Part shown: positions 26,438 through 35,840 of the stretch, piece after piece
How positions within the stretch are numbered: position 1 is the first letter of the stretch
How the letters are laid out: each line of letters opens with the position of its first letter
Source of the DNA: an uncultured Chloroflexia bacterium
Lineage (GTDB): Bacteria; Chloroflexota; Limnocylindria; Limnocylindrales; CSP1-4
NCBI GenBank assembly: GCA_963810285.1
Contig: CAWEMV010000002.1
Location: 1,053,177 to 1,117,176 of the forward strand
Length of the DNA: 64,000 nt
Reading direction: 5' to 3'
Program-made: the position numbers and the translations under genes
Notes under the pieces: generated by a model
What the model was told of the DNA's origin: nothing
Databases searched by the model: none
Seen by the model: only the letters and a program-made list of their open reading frames with translations

Positions 26438-27034
26438 GTGCGTACCCTCGCTCGATTGACCCTCGCGGGACTGGTCGTGGCGACGGCGGTCCTCGGCTAT
26501 GCGGCGTTCCGGATCTGGGATCAGGGCAATCGCGACGAGCGCCCGACCGCCGACGCCATCGTCGTCATGGGCGCCGCCCAGTACGACGGCCGACCGTCAC
26601 CGATCTTCGCCGCCCGGCTCGACCATGCCATCGACCTGTACCACGAGGGCATCGCGCCGGTCCTGATCGTCACCGGCGGCAAGGCCGAGGGCGACCGCAC
26701 GACCGAGGCGGCCAGCGCCCGCGCATATGCGGTGCGGCACGACGTCCCGGAGAACGCGATCCTCGCCGAGGACCGGAGCCGGACGACGCTCCAGTCGATC
26801 CGGGGTGTGGCCGGCCTGATGCGCGATCACGGGCTCGGGAGCGCGGTGTTCGTGTCGGACCCGAGCCACATGCTGCGGGTGCTGCGCATGGCGTCGGACG
26901 AGGGCATCACGGGCTACGGCTCGCCGACCCGCACCAGCCCGCTCGAGCACGACACGGTCCGCCGGGTCGACGCGATCGTCCACGAGCTGGGTGCGCTCGC
27001 CGTGTACTTCTTCTCGGGCGAGTCGCCGCCCTAG
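26438..27034 (+). CDS. YdcF/SanA-like (DUF218) family protein
   Basis: N-terminal TM helix, then IVVMGAAQYDGRPSP...LIVTGGKAEGDRTTEA...VSDPSHMLR, typical of DUF218. Confidence 0.7.
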   Translation: MRTLARLTLAGLVVATAVLGYAAFRIWDQGNRDERPTADAIVVMGAAQYDGRPSPIFAARLDHAIDLYHEGIAPVLIVTGGKAEGDRTTEAASARAYAVRHDVPENAILAEDRSRTTLQSIRGVAGLMRDHGLGSAVFVSDPSHMLRVLRMASDEGITGYGSPTRTSPLEHDTVRRVDAIVHELGALAVYFFSGESPP

Positions 27035-27121
27035 CACACGGCCGGGGCGCTGGGTGTGACGGCGCCCCCTCCGGATGGCGCGTCCACCGGTTATCGCGAC
27101 GCCCGTCCCCCGATTACCCTC

Positions 27122-27150
27122 TTGGCGCTGGGGGATTGGCCGCCTATACT
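27122..27150 (+). promoter_or_regulatory. candidate sigma70-type promoter upstream of the Cys-rich ORF and prfB
   Basis: TTGGCG (27122-27127), a 17-nt spacer, then TATACT (27145-27150). Confidence 0.3.
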
Positions 27151-27246
27151 GGGCCAACCCGCCGATACAGGACCGCTCGCGTCCCCCGGCAGGTGCTCTC
27201 CCAGCCCCGCCCGCTCGTGCCCCAGCGTCGCAAATGGAGGGAGTCC

Positions 27247-27471
27247 GTGAAGCAGGCCGAGGATGCCGCGTTCGTCGATCTCATCGCGTGCGAGCGCGAT
27301 TGCCGGTCCTGCAGCTACGCGGCTGCCCTCGACTGTGACGGCAACTGTGGCGTCTGTCCGCACAACAGCTATTGCCCCTGCGTGAACCCCGTCGTCGCCC
27401 GAAGCAAGACCGCGCTGCGGCTCATCGAGCTGCGCCCGATCCTGCTCCAGGATCTCCAGGACCGGAACTAG
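27247..27471 (+). CDS. hypothetical cysteine-rich small protein (8 Cys, two CX3CX2C motifs)
   Basis: GTG at 27247 follows GGAGGGA with 6-nt spacing. The 74-aa product is VKQAEDAAFVDLIACERDCRSCSYAAALDCDGNCGVCPHNSYCPCVNPVVARSKTALRLIELRPILLQDLQDRN. Third codon positions are almost all G/C. The TAG stop is immediately followed by the prfB GTG. Confidence 0.5.
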   Translation: MKQAEDAAFVDLIACERDCRSCSYAAALDCDGNCGVCPHNSYCPCVNPVVARSKTALRLIELRPILLQDLQDRN

Positions 27472-28603
27472 GTGGACACGTCCGCCATCCGCGACCTGGC
27501 CGAACGGATCCGGTCGACCTCGGGGCGCCTTTGACCTCGACGCCAAACGCGAGCGCGTCGCGCAGCTCGACACCCTGACGCTCGAACCCGGGTTCTGGGA
27601 CGACCAGCGCGCCGCCCAGAAGGTCCTCCGCGAGGCCGACGGGCTGCGCACCGAGATCGACACCTGGGCGACCCTCGAGTCGCGCGCTGCCGATCTCGAG
27701 GCGGCGGTCGAGCTGATCGCCGAGACGCCGGACGCGGAGCTCGAGGCCGAGCTCGAGCGCAACGCCACCGCGCTCGACGCGGACCTCGCCCGCGAGCGCA
27801 CCGCCCTGCTGTTCTCGGGCGAGCACGACGACCGCTCGGCCATCCTCACGATCAGCGCCGGCGCGGGCGGCACCGAGGCCACCGACTGGGCGGAGATGCT
27901 GCTCCGGATGTACCTGCGCTGGGCCGAGCGCCATCGCTTCGCGACCGAGATCATCGACCAGCAGGAGGGCGAGCAGGCCGGTCTCAAGAGCGTGACGGTC
28001 GAGGTCGAAGGGCGGCGGGCGTACGGCTGGCTCCGTGCGGAACGTGGCGTGCACCGGCTCGTCCGGATCAGCCCGTTCGACTCGCAGAAGCGTCGTCAGA
28101 CGACGTTCGCGCTGGTCGAGATCCTCCCGGAGGTCGACGACGACATCGAGATCGAGCTCGACTGGGACGAGATCCGCGTCGACACGTACCGCTCACAGGG
28201 CGCCGGCGGGCAGCACGTCAACAAGACCGACTCGGCCGTCCGCCTGACCCACGGGCCGACCGGCATCGTCGTCCAGAGCCAGAACGAGCGGTCGCAGACG
28301 CAGAACAAGGAGAACGCGACCAAGGTGCTCAAGGCCAGGCTCCTCGAGCGTGCGCTCGAGGAGAAGGAAGCCGAGATGCGCGTCCTCAAGGGCGAGCACG
28401 TCGAAGCCGGCTGGGGCAACCAGATCCGGAGCTACGTCCTCCACCCCTACCAGATGGTCAAGGACCTGCGGACCGCGCACGAGACCGGCAACACGACGGC
28501 GGTCCTCGACGGCGACCTCGATGCGTTCATGCAGGCCGAGCTCGAGCGCCTCGCCACAGGCGGCGAGTGGCGTGGCGGCGCGGACGAGGGCGACGCGGCG
28601 TGA
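27472..28603 (+). CDS. prfB: peptide chain release factor 2 (requires programmed +1 frameshift: 27472..27531 joined to 27533..28603)
   Basis: Frame 0 reads VDTSAIRDLAERIRSTSGRL-TGA. The +1 frame continues DLDAKRERVAQLDTLTLEPGFWDDQRAAQKVLRE... into ORF 27896..28603. That ORF carries the SPF motif (RISPFDS) and GGQ (QGAGGQHVNKTDSAVRLTH). Confidence 0.93.
27520..27535 (+). promoter_or_regulatory. RF2 autoregulatory +1 frameshift site
   Basis: TCGGGGCGC CTT TGA C: an SD-like GGGG sits 3 nt upstream of the slippery CUU-UGA-C. Confidence 0.85.
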
Positions 28604-29541
28604 CGACGATCCCCGGACTGGCGGTCCGGGACGACATCGACTACCGGCCGGTGCTCGCCTCGGAGCTCGAGACGTGCGCCGAGCTCTGGCGCGTGTCGAC
28701 CAACGACTACGTCGCCCGGCTCAACCAGCCGCTGCTGACCGAGACGGCGTCCGTCGTCCGGCTCTACGGCCATCTCCACGTCACCGATCCGGAGCGCTTT
28801 GTGGTGGCCACCCAGGGTGACCGGATCGTGGCATTCGCGGCGGCGGTCCTGCGGGAGCGGCTGTGGTTCCTGTCGATGTGCTTCGTGCTGCCCGAGGTGC
28901 AGGGTCGTGGCATCGGCCGGGCGCTGCTGGAGCGCATCGCCCCGACCGACGAGACGATCGTCCGCGCCACCGCCACCGACAGCGCCCAGCCGATCAGCAA
29001 CGCGCTGTACGCCTCGCTCGGCATCGTGCCTCGCCTGCCGTTGCTGAACCTGATCGGCACGCCGACCCGGGGGGATGCCTTCGGCGAGCTGCCGTCCGGC
29101 GTGCGCCCCGTCGCGTTCGCCGATGTCGCCGCCGACGACCACCGGCGGCTCGCCGACGCCGTCGACGCGCTGGATCGCGACACGCTCGGCGTCAGCCATC
29201 CCGTCGACCACCAGCACCTGCGTCGCGAGGAGCGTCGCGGTTGGCTCTACCACGGACCCGACGGCGCCCCGATCGCGTACGGCTACGCCGGGGAGGCGGG
29301 ACGGGTCGGGCCGGTCGCCAGCCGTGACCCGGACCTCATCGCGCCGATCCTCGGCCACCTGACGGGGGCCGTGACGCCGCGTGGGGCGTTCGCGATGTGG
29401 CTGCCGGGGACCGTGGACCGGGCGATCATCGGTGCTCTCCAGGCCGGCTTCCGGCTCGAGCCGTTCCCGGTCCTGCTGTGCTGGGACCGCCCGATCGCCG
29501 ACCTGACGCGGTACCTGCCGATCTCTCCCGGACTGCTCTAG
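28600..29541 (+). CDS. GNAT family N-acetyltransferase
   Basis: GTG at 28600 (GTGA overlap with the prfB stop). Acetyl-CoA motif VLPEVQGRGIGRALLERI. Confidence 0.7.
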   Translation: MTTIPGLAVRDDIDYRPVLASELETCAELWRVSTNDYVARLNQPLLTETASVVRLYGHLHVTDPERFVVATQGDRIVAFAAAVLRERLWFLSMCFVLPEVQGRGIGRALLERIAPTDETIVRATATDSAQPISNALYASLGIVPRLPLLNLIGTPTRGDAFGELPSGVRPVAFADVAADDHRRLADAVDALDRDTLGVSHPVDHQHLRREERRGWLYHGPDGAPIAYGYAGEAGRVGPVASRDPDLIAPILGHLTGAVTPRGAFAMWLPGTVDRAIIGALQAGFRLEPFPVLLCWDRPIADLTRYLPISPGLL

Positions 29542-29682
29542 ACCCGACCGGACCGGACCTTCGTCCGGGGGGTCGCTGGGCCGCCGGTCCCGTTTGCCGC
29601 CTCCCATGGCCGGTGATAGCCTCGGGGCCGACGTGGCTCCTGCTGCCGTGCCCGCGGACGGGGTCGAACCGAACCTTCATCG

Positions 29683-30501
29683 ATGGCGACCGTCGATCGC
29701 CATCCGTTTCCGCCCGCGGAGTCGCCTGTGACCATCGCCTCACCGCCGTCGGCGGCGCGCTCGCTCCGGCGCCGCATCCTGGAGCGAGGCCGTCCACACG
29801 CCGTCCCGGAGCGGTCGGTCCTCGTGCTCCACGACGTCACCAAGCAGTACCCGAACGGGAAGATCGCGCTGCGCGACGTCGACCTGGTCATCCCCGAGGG
29901 CGATTTCGTCTTCCTCGTCGGTCCGTCGGGTGCCGGCAAGTCGACGCTCATCAAGCTGCTCATCCGCGACGAGATCGCGACCCGCGGGGACGTCGTGCTC
30001 GACGGGCAGGACCTCGCCCGGCTGCCCCGCCGACAGGTCCCCCGGATGCGCCGCAAGATCGGGATCATCTTCCAGGACTTCAAGCTCCTCCCGACCAAGA
30101 CGGTCTGGGAGAACGTCGCGTTCGCGCTCGAGGTGACCGGTCACCCGCGCCGCCAGATCCGGCCGGCGGTCGACCGGGTGCTGGCCATCGTCGGCCTGAC
30201 GGCCCAGTCGCGCCAGGTGCCCGCCCAGCTGTCGGGCGGCGAGCAGCAGCGGACGGCCATCGCCCGCGCCCTCGTCCACGACCCGCGGCTGATCATCGCC
30301 GACGAGCCGACGGGCAACCTCGACCCGCTCATCAGCTGGGAGATCATCCAGCTCCTCCTGCGCATCAACGAGCTCGGTGTCACCGTGCTGATGGCCACCC
30401 ACAACGCGGAGGTCGTCACCGCGCTGCGCAAGCGCGTCGTCGCGCTCGAGGAGGGTCGGGTCATCCGCGACGAGGTCGGTGGCTACCACCGCGAGGACTG
30501 A
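29683..30501 (+). CDS. ftsE: cell division ATP-binding protein FtsE
   Basis: Walker [11 protein letters not shown]-loop, signature LSGGEQQR and Walker [13 protein letters not shown]. The ATG at 29683 gives a ~47-aa N-terminal extension. The in-frame GTG at 29824 (VLHDVTKQY) is an alternative start. Confidence 0.88.
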   Translation: MATVDRHPFPPAESPVTIASPPSAARSLRRRILERGRPHAVPERSVLVLHDVTKQYPNGKIALRDVDLVIPEGDFVFLVGPSGAGKSTLIKLLIRDEIATRGDVVLDGQDLARLPRRQVPRMRRKIGIIFQDFKLLPTKTVWENVAFALEVTGHPRRQIRPAVDRVLAIVGLTAQSRQVPAQLSGGEQQRTAIARALVHDPRLIIADEPTGNLDPLISWEIIQLLLRINELGVTVLMATHNAEVVTALRKRVVALEEGRVIRDEVGGYHRED

Positions 30502-30507
30502 CCGACC

Positions 30508-31398
30508 GTGATCACGTTCCTCTTCTTCAGCATCAAGCGGGCCTGGCAGGGATTCTGGCGGAATGCGCTCATGAGTCTCGCGGCGACCGCGACGATGGTG
30601 CTGATGCTGCTGCTCCTCGCCGGCTTCTGGATCATCCAGACCGGCCTGCTGGCAGGGCTGTCCTTCACCGAGCAGAAGGTCGAGGTCGTCGCCTACCTCC
30701 AGCCCAACGCGACCCAGTCGCAGATCGATGGGCTGGCCGCCGAGATCGGGGCGCGCGAGGATGTCGCGGACGTGGAGATCGTGACCCGCGACGCGGCCCT
30801 CGAGCGCTTCCGCCAGTCGATGGAGGCGCAGGGCCGCACCGACCTCACCCGGCAGCTCGACACCAATCCGCTGTACGCAAGCATCGAGGTCAAGCTCAAG
30901 GACCCCGCGGCGCTCAAGGCCGTGGGCGACGCCCTCGACCCGAAAGAGCAGCCGATCGTGCGCAACGTCATCAACATCGAGGACCTCGTCGACAGGCTGC
31001 TGACCGTGACCAACATCCTGCGTACGGCCGGCACCGTGCTCCTCATCGCGGTCGGGCTGATCGCCCTGTTCATCATCGTCAACGCGATCCGCCTGGCAGT
31101 GGTCGCCCGGGCCGAGGAGATCGAGATCATGCGGCTCGTCGGCGCGTCGGATGCGTTCATCCGCTGGCCGTTCGTGTTCGAGGGTGCCTTCGTCGGGTTC
31201 CTCGGCGCGGTCGCGACGCTGGCCATCCTTGCCGCCGCGGCCGAGCCGCTCAACGGGTTCATGATCGAGTTCTTCCGGGTCCTGCCGCTCCAGGTCGGCT
31301 CGATGACGCGCGACCTCGTCACGCTGGTCATGGGTGCGGGCGTCGGGCTCGGGATCCTCGGCTCGTGGGTGTCGGTCCGGACCTACCTCATCCGCTAG
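30508..31398 (+). CDS. ftsX: cell division permease-like protein FtsX
   Basis: 296 aa: TM1, an extracytoplasmic domain, then 3 C-terminal TM helices. EIEIMRLVGASDAFIRWPF is typical. Confidence 0.9.
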   Translation: MITFLFFSIKRAWQGFWRNALMSLAATATMVLMLLLLAGFWIIQTGLLAGLSFTEQKVEVVAYLQPNATQSQIDGLAAEIGAREDVADVEIVTRDAALERFRQSMEAQGRTDLTRQLDTNPLYASIEVKLKDPAALKAVGDALDPKEQPIVRNVINIEDLVDRLLTVTNILRTAGTVLLIAVGLIALFIIVNAIRLAVVARAEEIEIMRLVGASDAFIRWPFVFEGAFVGFLGAVATLAILAAAAEPLNGFMIEFFRVLPLQVGSMTRDLVTLVMGAGVGLGILGSWVSVRTYLIR

Positions 31399-31508
31399 GA
31401 CCTTCGGGCCGGGGCCGGCGAATCGAACCCGGTGTACATTTTCGATCCCAGAGCGCGCGCCTCGTCAACCCGTCACCGCTCCGTCTCCAGGGGAAACCGG
31501 ATACCGCC

Positions 31509-32861
31509 ATGCAGTCCACATCCAACGATCATCCGGATCGGCAGGCGGGATCCGTCGCGCCGGTCGACGCCGTCCCGCTGATCCCGGCCGCCAGCACCCC
31601 GCCGCGCGCCCGGCGCCGGTTCCCGATCGTCCCCGCGGCGCTGACCCTGGTCGCCCTGCTTGGCGGCAGCACCCTGTTCCTGAGCGGCTACTCGATGGGT
31701 CGGCAGAGCGCCGTCGAACCGGGCACGCCGTCCAGCGCCGGCGCCGAGTTCCGCCCGTTCTGGGACACCTACCACACGATCCGCGATCGCTACGCGGGCG
31801 GCGCGGTCGACCGCGGGGCCATGGTCCAGGGCGCCATCCGCGGGATGATCGACTCGCTCGAGGATCCCTACTCGTCGTACCTGACCACGGAGCAATACAG
31901 CTCCAGCCTGCAGGGCATCGGCGGCCAGTTCGAGGGCATCGGCGCCGAGATCGCGACCCAGGCCGACGACGGAACGCAGGGGTGCTCGACGCTCGGGCCG
32001 ACCTGCCGGCTCGTCATCATCGCGCCGATCGGCGGCTCGCCGGCCGAGAAGGCCGGGCTGCGACCCGGCGACCTCGTCCTCGCGACCGATGGCGTGACGG
32101 TCGACGGCCTCACGGTCGACACGGCGCGCGAGCGGATGCGCGGCCCGAAGGACACCGTCATCGAGCTGCAGATCCAGCGCGGCACCGACTCGCCGTTCCC
32201 GCTCAGGATCACCCGCGACATCATCCAGGAGCGCGAGATCGAATCGCGCGAGCTGGTCGAGGGGCGCCTCGGCTACGTCCGGCTGATGGGCTTCTCCGAC
32301 CGTGCGGCAGAGGATCTCGCGACGGCCGTCCGCGGTCACGTGGCGGCCGGCCGGACCAAGCTGATCCTCGACCTGCGCGGCAACCCGGGTGGCTACGTCA
32401 CGGCCGCGCGGTCGATCGCGAGCCAGTTCCTCGCATCGGGTCCGATCTTCTGGGAGCAGGACGCCAGGGGCAACCAGACGGCCGTCGACGCCATCCCGGG
32501 CGGCGCGGCCACCGACCCGAGCATCCGGCTCGTCGTGCTCGTCGACCGCGGCAGTGCGTCGGCGAGCGAGATCGTCGCCGCCGCGCTCCAGGACTCCGGT
32601 CGGGCGCTGCTGGTCGGGCAGCGGTCCTTCGGCAAGGGCACCGTCCAGCAATGGCTCGAGCTGCCGGGCGAGGGTGGCGCCTTCCGGATGACCATCGCTC
32701 GCTGGCTGACGCCGGAGAAGCGCTGGATCCACGACGTCGGCATCGAGCCCGACGTGCCGGTGACGCCGCCGGCGGTCGGGCTGCCGGCCCAGGACCCCGT
32801 CCTCGACCGCGCGGTCGAGGTCCTCGTGCCGAGCGTCCGGATGTCGGTGGGCGGGCCGTAG
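31509..32861 (+). CDS. S41 family C-terminal processing peptidase
   Basis: C-terminal 450 aa of ORF 29397..32861, from ATG 31509. It has a TM anchor, a PDZ domain (GGSPAEKAGLRPGDLV), LDLRGNPGG, a catalytic Ser in GSASASE and a Lys in SFGKGTVQ. Confidence 0.88.
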   Translation: MQSTSNDHPDRQAGSVAPVDAVPLIPAASTPPRARRRFPIVPAALTLVALLGGSTLFLSGYSMGRQSAVEPGTPSSAGAEFRPFWDTYHTIRDRYAGGAVDRGAMVQGAIRGMIDSLEDPYSSYLTTEQYSSSLQGIGGQFEGIGAEIATQADDGTQGCSTLGPTCRLVIIAPIGGSPAEKAGLRPGDLVLATDGVTVDGLTVDTARERMRGPKDTVIELQIQRGTDSPFPLRITRDIIQEREIESRELVEGRLGYVRLMGFSDRAAEDLATAVRGHVAAGRTKLILDLRGNPGGYVTAARSIASQFLASGPIFWEQDARGNQTAVDAIPGGAATDPSIRLVVLVDRGSASASEIVAAALQDSGRALLVGQRSFGKGTVQQWLELPGEGGAFRMTIARWLTPEKRWIHDVGIEPDVPVTPPAVGLPAQDPVLDRAVEVLVPSVRMSVGGP

Positions 32862-33007
32862 CGGGATCATCTTGCGCACATCACGCCCTTCGGGTACGGT
32901 TTCTCGGAACGAAAGGAGGTGATGTGCAGTGATCGACAGTACGCGTAGCTGCACCACCTCGCAGGAGATGGCCGTCTAGTCGGACACCCTGTGGGTGGGT
33001 AAGCACT

Positions 33008-33038
33008 CGAACGCCGGTCCGCATAGGACCGGCGTTCG
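33008..33038. terminator. strong GC-rich hairpin (terminator-like) upstream of smpB
   Basis: Perfect 13-bp stem CGAACGCCGGTCC / GGACCGGCGTTCG with a 5-nt loop. No U-tract on either strand. Confidence 0.4.
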
Positions 33039-33098
33039 TGCGCCCGGCGCCACGTGCCCGGCCTATCCTTCCGCCACGTCCCCGCAGGAGCCATCCCC

Positions 33099-33563
33099 AT
33101 GAGCGACGACAAGACCGTCGCCCTCAACCGCAAAGCCCGCCACGAGTTCAGCATCGACGACACGTTCGAGGCTGGTCTCGTGCTGACCGGGACCGAGATC
33201 AAGTCCGTCCGGGCCGGCAAGGCCAACATCAGCAATGCCTATGCCCGGATCGAGAAGGGCGAGGCCTGGCTGATCGGCGCCGACATCGCGCCGTTCGAGG
33301 GGGGCAACCGCTACAACCACGACCCGAAGCGGAACCGCAAGCTGCTGCTGCATCGTCGCCAGATCGACGAGCTGCTCGGGCGCGCCCGGCAGAAGGGCCA
33401 GACGATCGTGCCGCTCCGGCTCTACATCACCCGCGGCAAGGCCAAGCTCGAGCTCGGGCTGGCGCGTGGCAAGCAGCTCCACGACCGGCGGCGGGACATC
33501 GCCGACCGGGAGTCGAGACGCGACATCGCGCGTCAGCTCGCCGACGCGCAGCGAGGGCGGTAG
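33099..33563 (+). CDS. smpB: SsrA-binding protein SmpB
   Basis: MSDDKTVALNRKARHEFSIDDTFEAGLVLTGTEIKSVRAGKANI... is canonical SmpB. ATG at 33099 follows GCAGGAG. Confidence 0.92.
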   Translation: MSDDKTVALNRKARHEFSIDDTFEAGLVLTGTEIKSVRAGKANISNAYARIEKGEAWLIGADIAPFEGGNRYNHDPKRNRKLLLHRRQIDELLGRARQKGQTIVPLRLYITRGKAKLELGLARGKQLHDRRRDIADRESRRDIARQLADAQRGR

Positions 33564-33587
33564 CCGCCTCGGGTGGCGCTAAGGGCC

Positions 33588-35243
33588 TCAGCGCAGCAGG
33601 TAGCGCCGGCTCAGCGGGACCTCGGCGACCGGCTCGACGGCGAGCGGCCGGCCGTCCAGCGTGACCCGACCGTCCGCGACGTCCACCTCGATCGGGACGA
33701 CGGCCCGGTTCAGGGCCAGTGACTCGCGGGTGAGCCCCCGCGTCCCGCGGACCGCGATCAGCTCGCGGCCGAGTCGTCGGAGCTCCGGGGAGCCCGTCGC
33801 CGAACCCGACACGAACGTCGCCGACAGCGCTGCGGCGGGCCGCGACAGGCCGCCCCAGTCGGGCCGGTAGCGGGTGGGCTCGGCCCCCTCGACCGACGCG
33901 TTGCCCTCGCCCAGCGGCGCCCACGCCATCATCCCGCTCTTGAGCACCGCCGCCGGCTTGACCCCGAAGTAGGCCGGGTCCCAGAGCACGATGTCCGCCA
34001 GGCGCCCCGGCCGCAGCGATCCGACGTGATCGGACATGCCGTGGGTGATCGCCGGCTCGATCGTGACCTTGGCCAGGTAGCGGAGCACGCGGGCGTTGCC
34101 GTCTGCCTCCACGACCGTCCCCGACCAGCCCGCCATCACGTGGGCCAGCTGGAACGTGCGCCGGACCGTCTCCATCATCCGGCCCATCCCCTGCGAGTCG
34201 GAGTTGACGATCGCGATCGCGCCGAGCTCGTGGAGCGGGCCCTCGGCCGCCATCGTCGTCGCGTGGACCCGCTCGCGGACCAGCTCGACGTCCTCGGCCA
34301 CGCCGAACGACGCGCCATGGTTGAGGACGATCATCGGCACCTGCTCGGCCGCGGCGTTGACCCCGAACGGCACGGTCGGCGTCGTCGAGGAGCAGATGAC
34401 GTTCGGCTCGCGGACGAGGCCGATGACGTCGGGCACATGGCCACCGCCGCTGCCCTCGACGTGATAGGCGTGGACCGTCCGCCCGCCGATCGCGGCGACG
34501 GTGTCCTCGAGCTCGGCGCTTTCGTGCAGCCCATCGGTGTGCAGCGAGACCGAGACATCGCGAGCGTCGGCATAGCGGAGGACGTGGTCGATGAGCTCGG
34601 GATGGGCGCCGTAGTCCTCGTGGATCTTGAAGCCGCACGCGCCGGCGTCGAGCAGCGCGTCCAACGGGCGGTCGTCCTCGGCCCGCGCGCAGGCCTGGAG
34701 TCCGACGTTGACCGGCCAGCCGGCGATCCCGGCCAGCGTCCGCGCCATCTGCCACGGCGGCTCCTCGAAGCCGGCCGTGACGAGCGTCGTGACGCCACCC
34801 GACAGCGCGGCCGGCAGCAGCTCGGGCGAGATGAGGTGGACGTGGCTGTCGACCGCACCGGGCGTGGCGATCAGGCCGTAGCCCATGATCGGCTGCGTGT
34901 GCGGTCCGATCGGCAGCTCGATGCCCTCGCTGATTCCCGGGTTGCCGGCGCGGCCGACACCGACGATGCGGCCATCCTTGATGCCGATGTCGGCCTTGAC
35001 CACGCCGATGACGGGGTCGAGCACCAGGGCCCCGGCGACGACGGCGTCGAGCTCCGACGCCGACGCGCGGCCCTGCGTCGACCGGGGTCGCAGCGTCTTG
35101 GCGTAGCCCCAGATGGGCTCGTCGCCGCCGGCCTGGCGATCCGCGGTCACGCGGACCCACAGGTCCGTATCGCCCAGGCGGACGCGGTCGCCGGTCGTCG
35201 GCCCGTAGCGGGCGAGACGCTCGGCGGGTGAGAGGCGGCTCAC
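33588..35243 (-). CDS. ureC: urease subunit alpha
   Basis: 551 aa. All Ni-site motifs are visible: DSHVHLI, the carbamylated-Lys context GFKIHEDYG, LHTDGLHE, HAYHVEGSGGGH and NSDSQGMGR. Confidence 0.93.
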   Translation of the reverse strand: MSRLSPAERLARYGPTTGDRVRLGDTDLWVRVTADRQAGGDEPIWGYAKTLRPRSTQGRASASELDAVVAGALVLDPVIGVVKADIGIKDGRIVGVGRAGNPGISEGIELPIGPHTQPIMGYGLIATPGAVDSHVHLISPELLPAALSGGVTTLVTAGFEEPPWQMARTLAGIAGWPVNVGLQACARAEDDRPLDALLDAGACGFKIHEDYGAHPELIDHVLRYADARDVSVSLHTDGLHESAELEDTVAAIGGRTVHAYHVEGSGGGHVPDVIGLVREPNVICSSTTPTVPFGVNAAAEQVPMIVLNHGASFGVAEDVELVRERVHATTMAAEGPLHELGAIAIVNSDSQGMGRMMETVRRTFQLAHVMAGWSGTVVEADGNARVLRYLAKVTIEPAITHGMSDHVGSLRPGRLADIVLWDPAYFGVKPAAVLKSGMMAWAPLGEGNASVEGAEPTRYRPDWGGLSRPAAALSATFVSGSATGSPELRRLGRELIAVRGTRGLTRESLALNRAVVPIEVDVADGRVTLDGRPLAVEPVAEVPLSRRYLLR

Positions 35244-35815
35244 CGGACGCGGACGAGGCGCACGGTCCGCGTCTCACCGGGCGCCCAGCGCTCGGTCGAC
35301 CCGGCGTCGATGTCGAGCCGGCAGCCGGCCGCCGCCGCCCGGTCGAACGCGAGCCGCTTGTTGACTCGCTCGAACGGGTAGTGGCTGGTCACGCGCACCA
35401 CGCGCCGCGAAGTGTTCGTGACCTCGACGTCGAGGCGGGCACGCTCGTCGATCCGGTCCGCGAGCGGCGCCTGCAGGACCGCCCCGGGCGCATCGGCGCC
35501 GGCCGGTCCGAGCGGCTCGGTCAGCACCACGAGGCGCGTACCGTCGTCCATCAGCACCTCGAGCCGGACATCGGGGATGAGCGCGGGGACGCCGGGAACG
35601 ACCTGGTCGGCGGTCACCGCACCACGTCCGGCCGCCTCTACGTCCTCGTACGACGCCCCGGCACGGGCCGCCTCGAACATCGCCTCGCAGATCAGGGCGA
35701 CCGCCTCGGGTGCGTTGAGGAGCAGGCCGCGGTCCCGGTGCCGGCGAGCCAGCTCCGCGGCCGCGAAGACGAGGAGGCGCTCCTCCTCCCAAGCCGTCAG
35801 CCGCATGGATGCCAT
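35240..35815 (-). CDS. urease gamma/beta fused subunit
   Basis: The N-terminal half (MRLTAWEEERLLVFAAAELARRHRDRGLLLNAPEAVALI) is gamma-like and the C-terminal half (PGAV...LDVEVTNTSRRVVRVTSHYPFERVN) is beta-like. ATGA-type overlap with ureC. The start could be ATG 35806. Confidence 0.85.
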   Translation of the reverse strand: MASMRLTAWEEERLLVFAAAELARRHRDRGLLLNAPEAVALICEAMFEAARAGASYEDVEAAGRGAVTADQVVPGVPALIPDVRLEVLMDDGTRLVVLTEPLGPAGADAPGAVLQAPLADRIDERARLDVEVTNTSRRVVRVTSHYPFERVNKRLAFDRAAAAGCRLDIDAGSTERWAPGETRTVRLVRVR

Positions 35816-35840
35816 CGTAGCGGGCAGGCTGGTAGCGTTG

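Noticed and set aside
31405-31470. tRNA-like fragment GGCGAATCGAACCCGG (reverse complement resembles a T-arm, GGTTCGATTC) in the ftsX / S41 peptidase spacer.
   Set aside because: On the reverse complement the T-stem cannot form properly (CCGG + 10-nt loop + CCGG). There is no D-arm consensus, no anticodon stem and no acceptor pairing. It is not a tRNA or a convincing tRNA remnant.
32922-32948. 8-codon mini-ORF MCSDRQYA as a genuine leader peptide gene.
   Set aside because: The ATG sits only 2 nt after the GGAGG core, too close for efficient initiation. It is reported only as part of the structured-spacer finding, not as a CDS.
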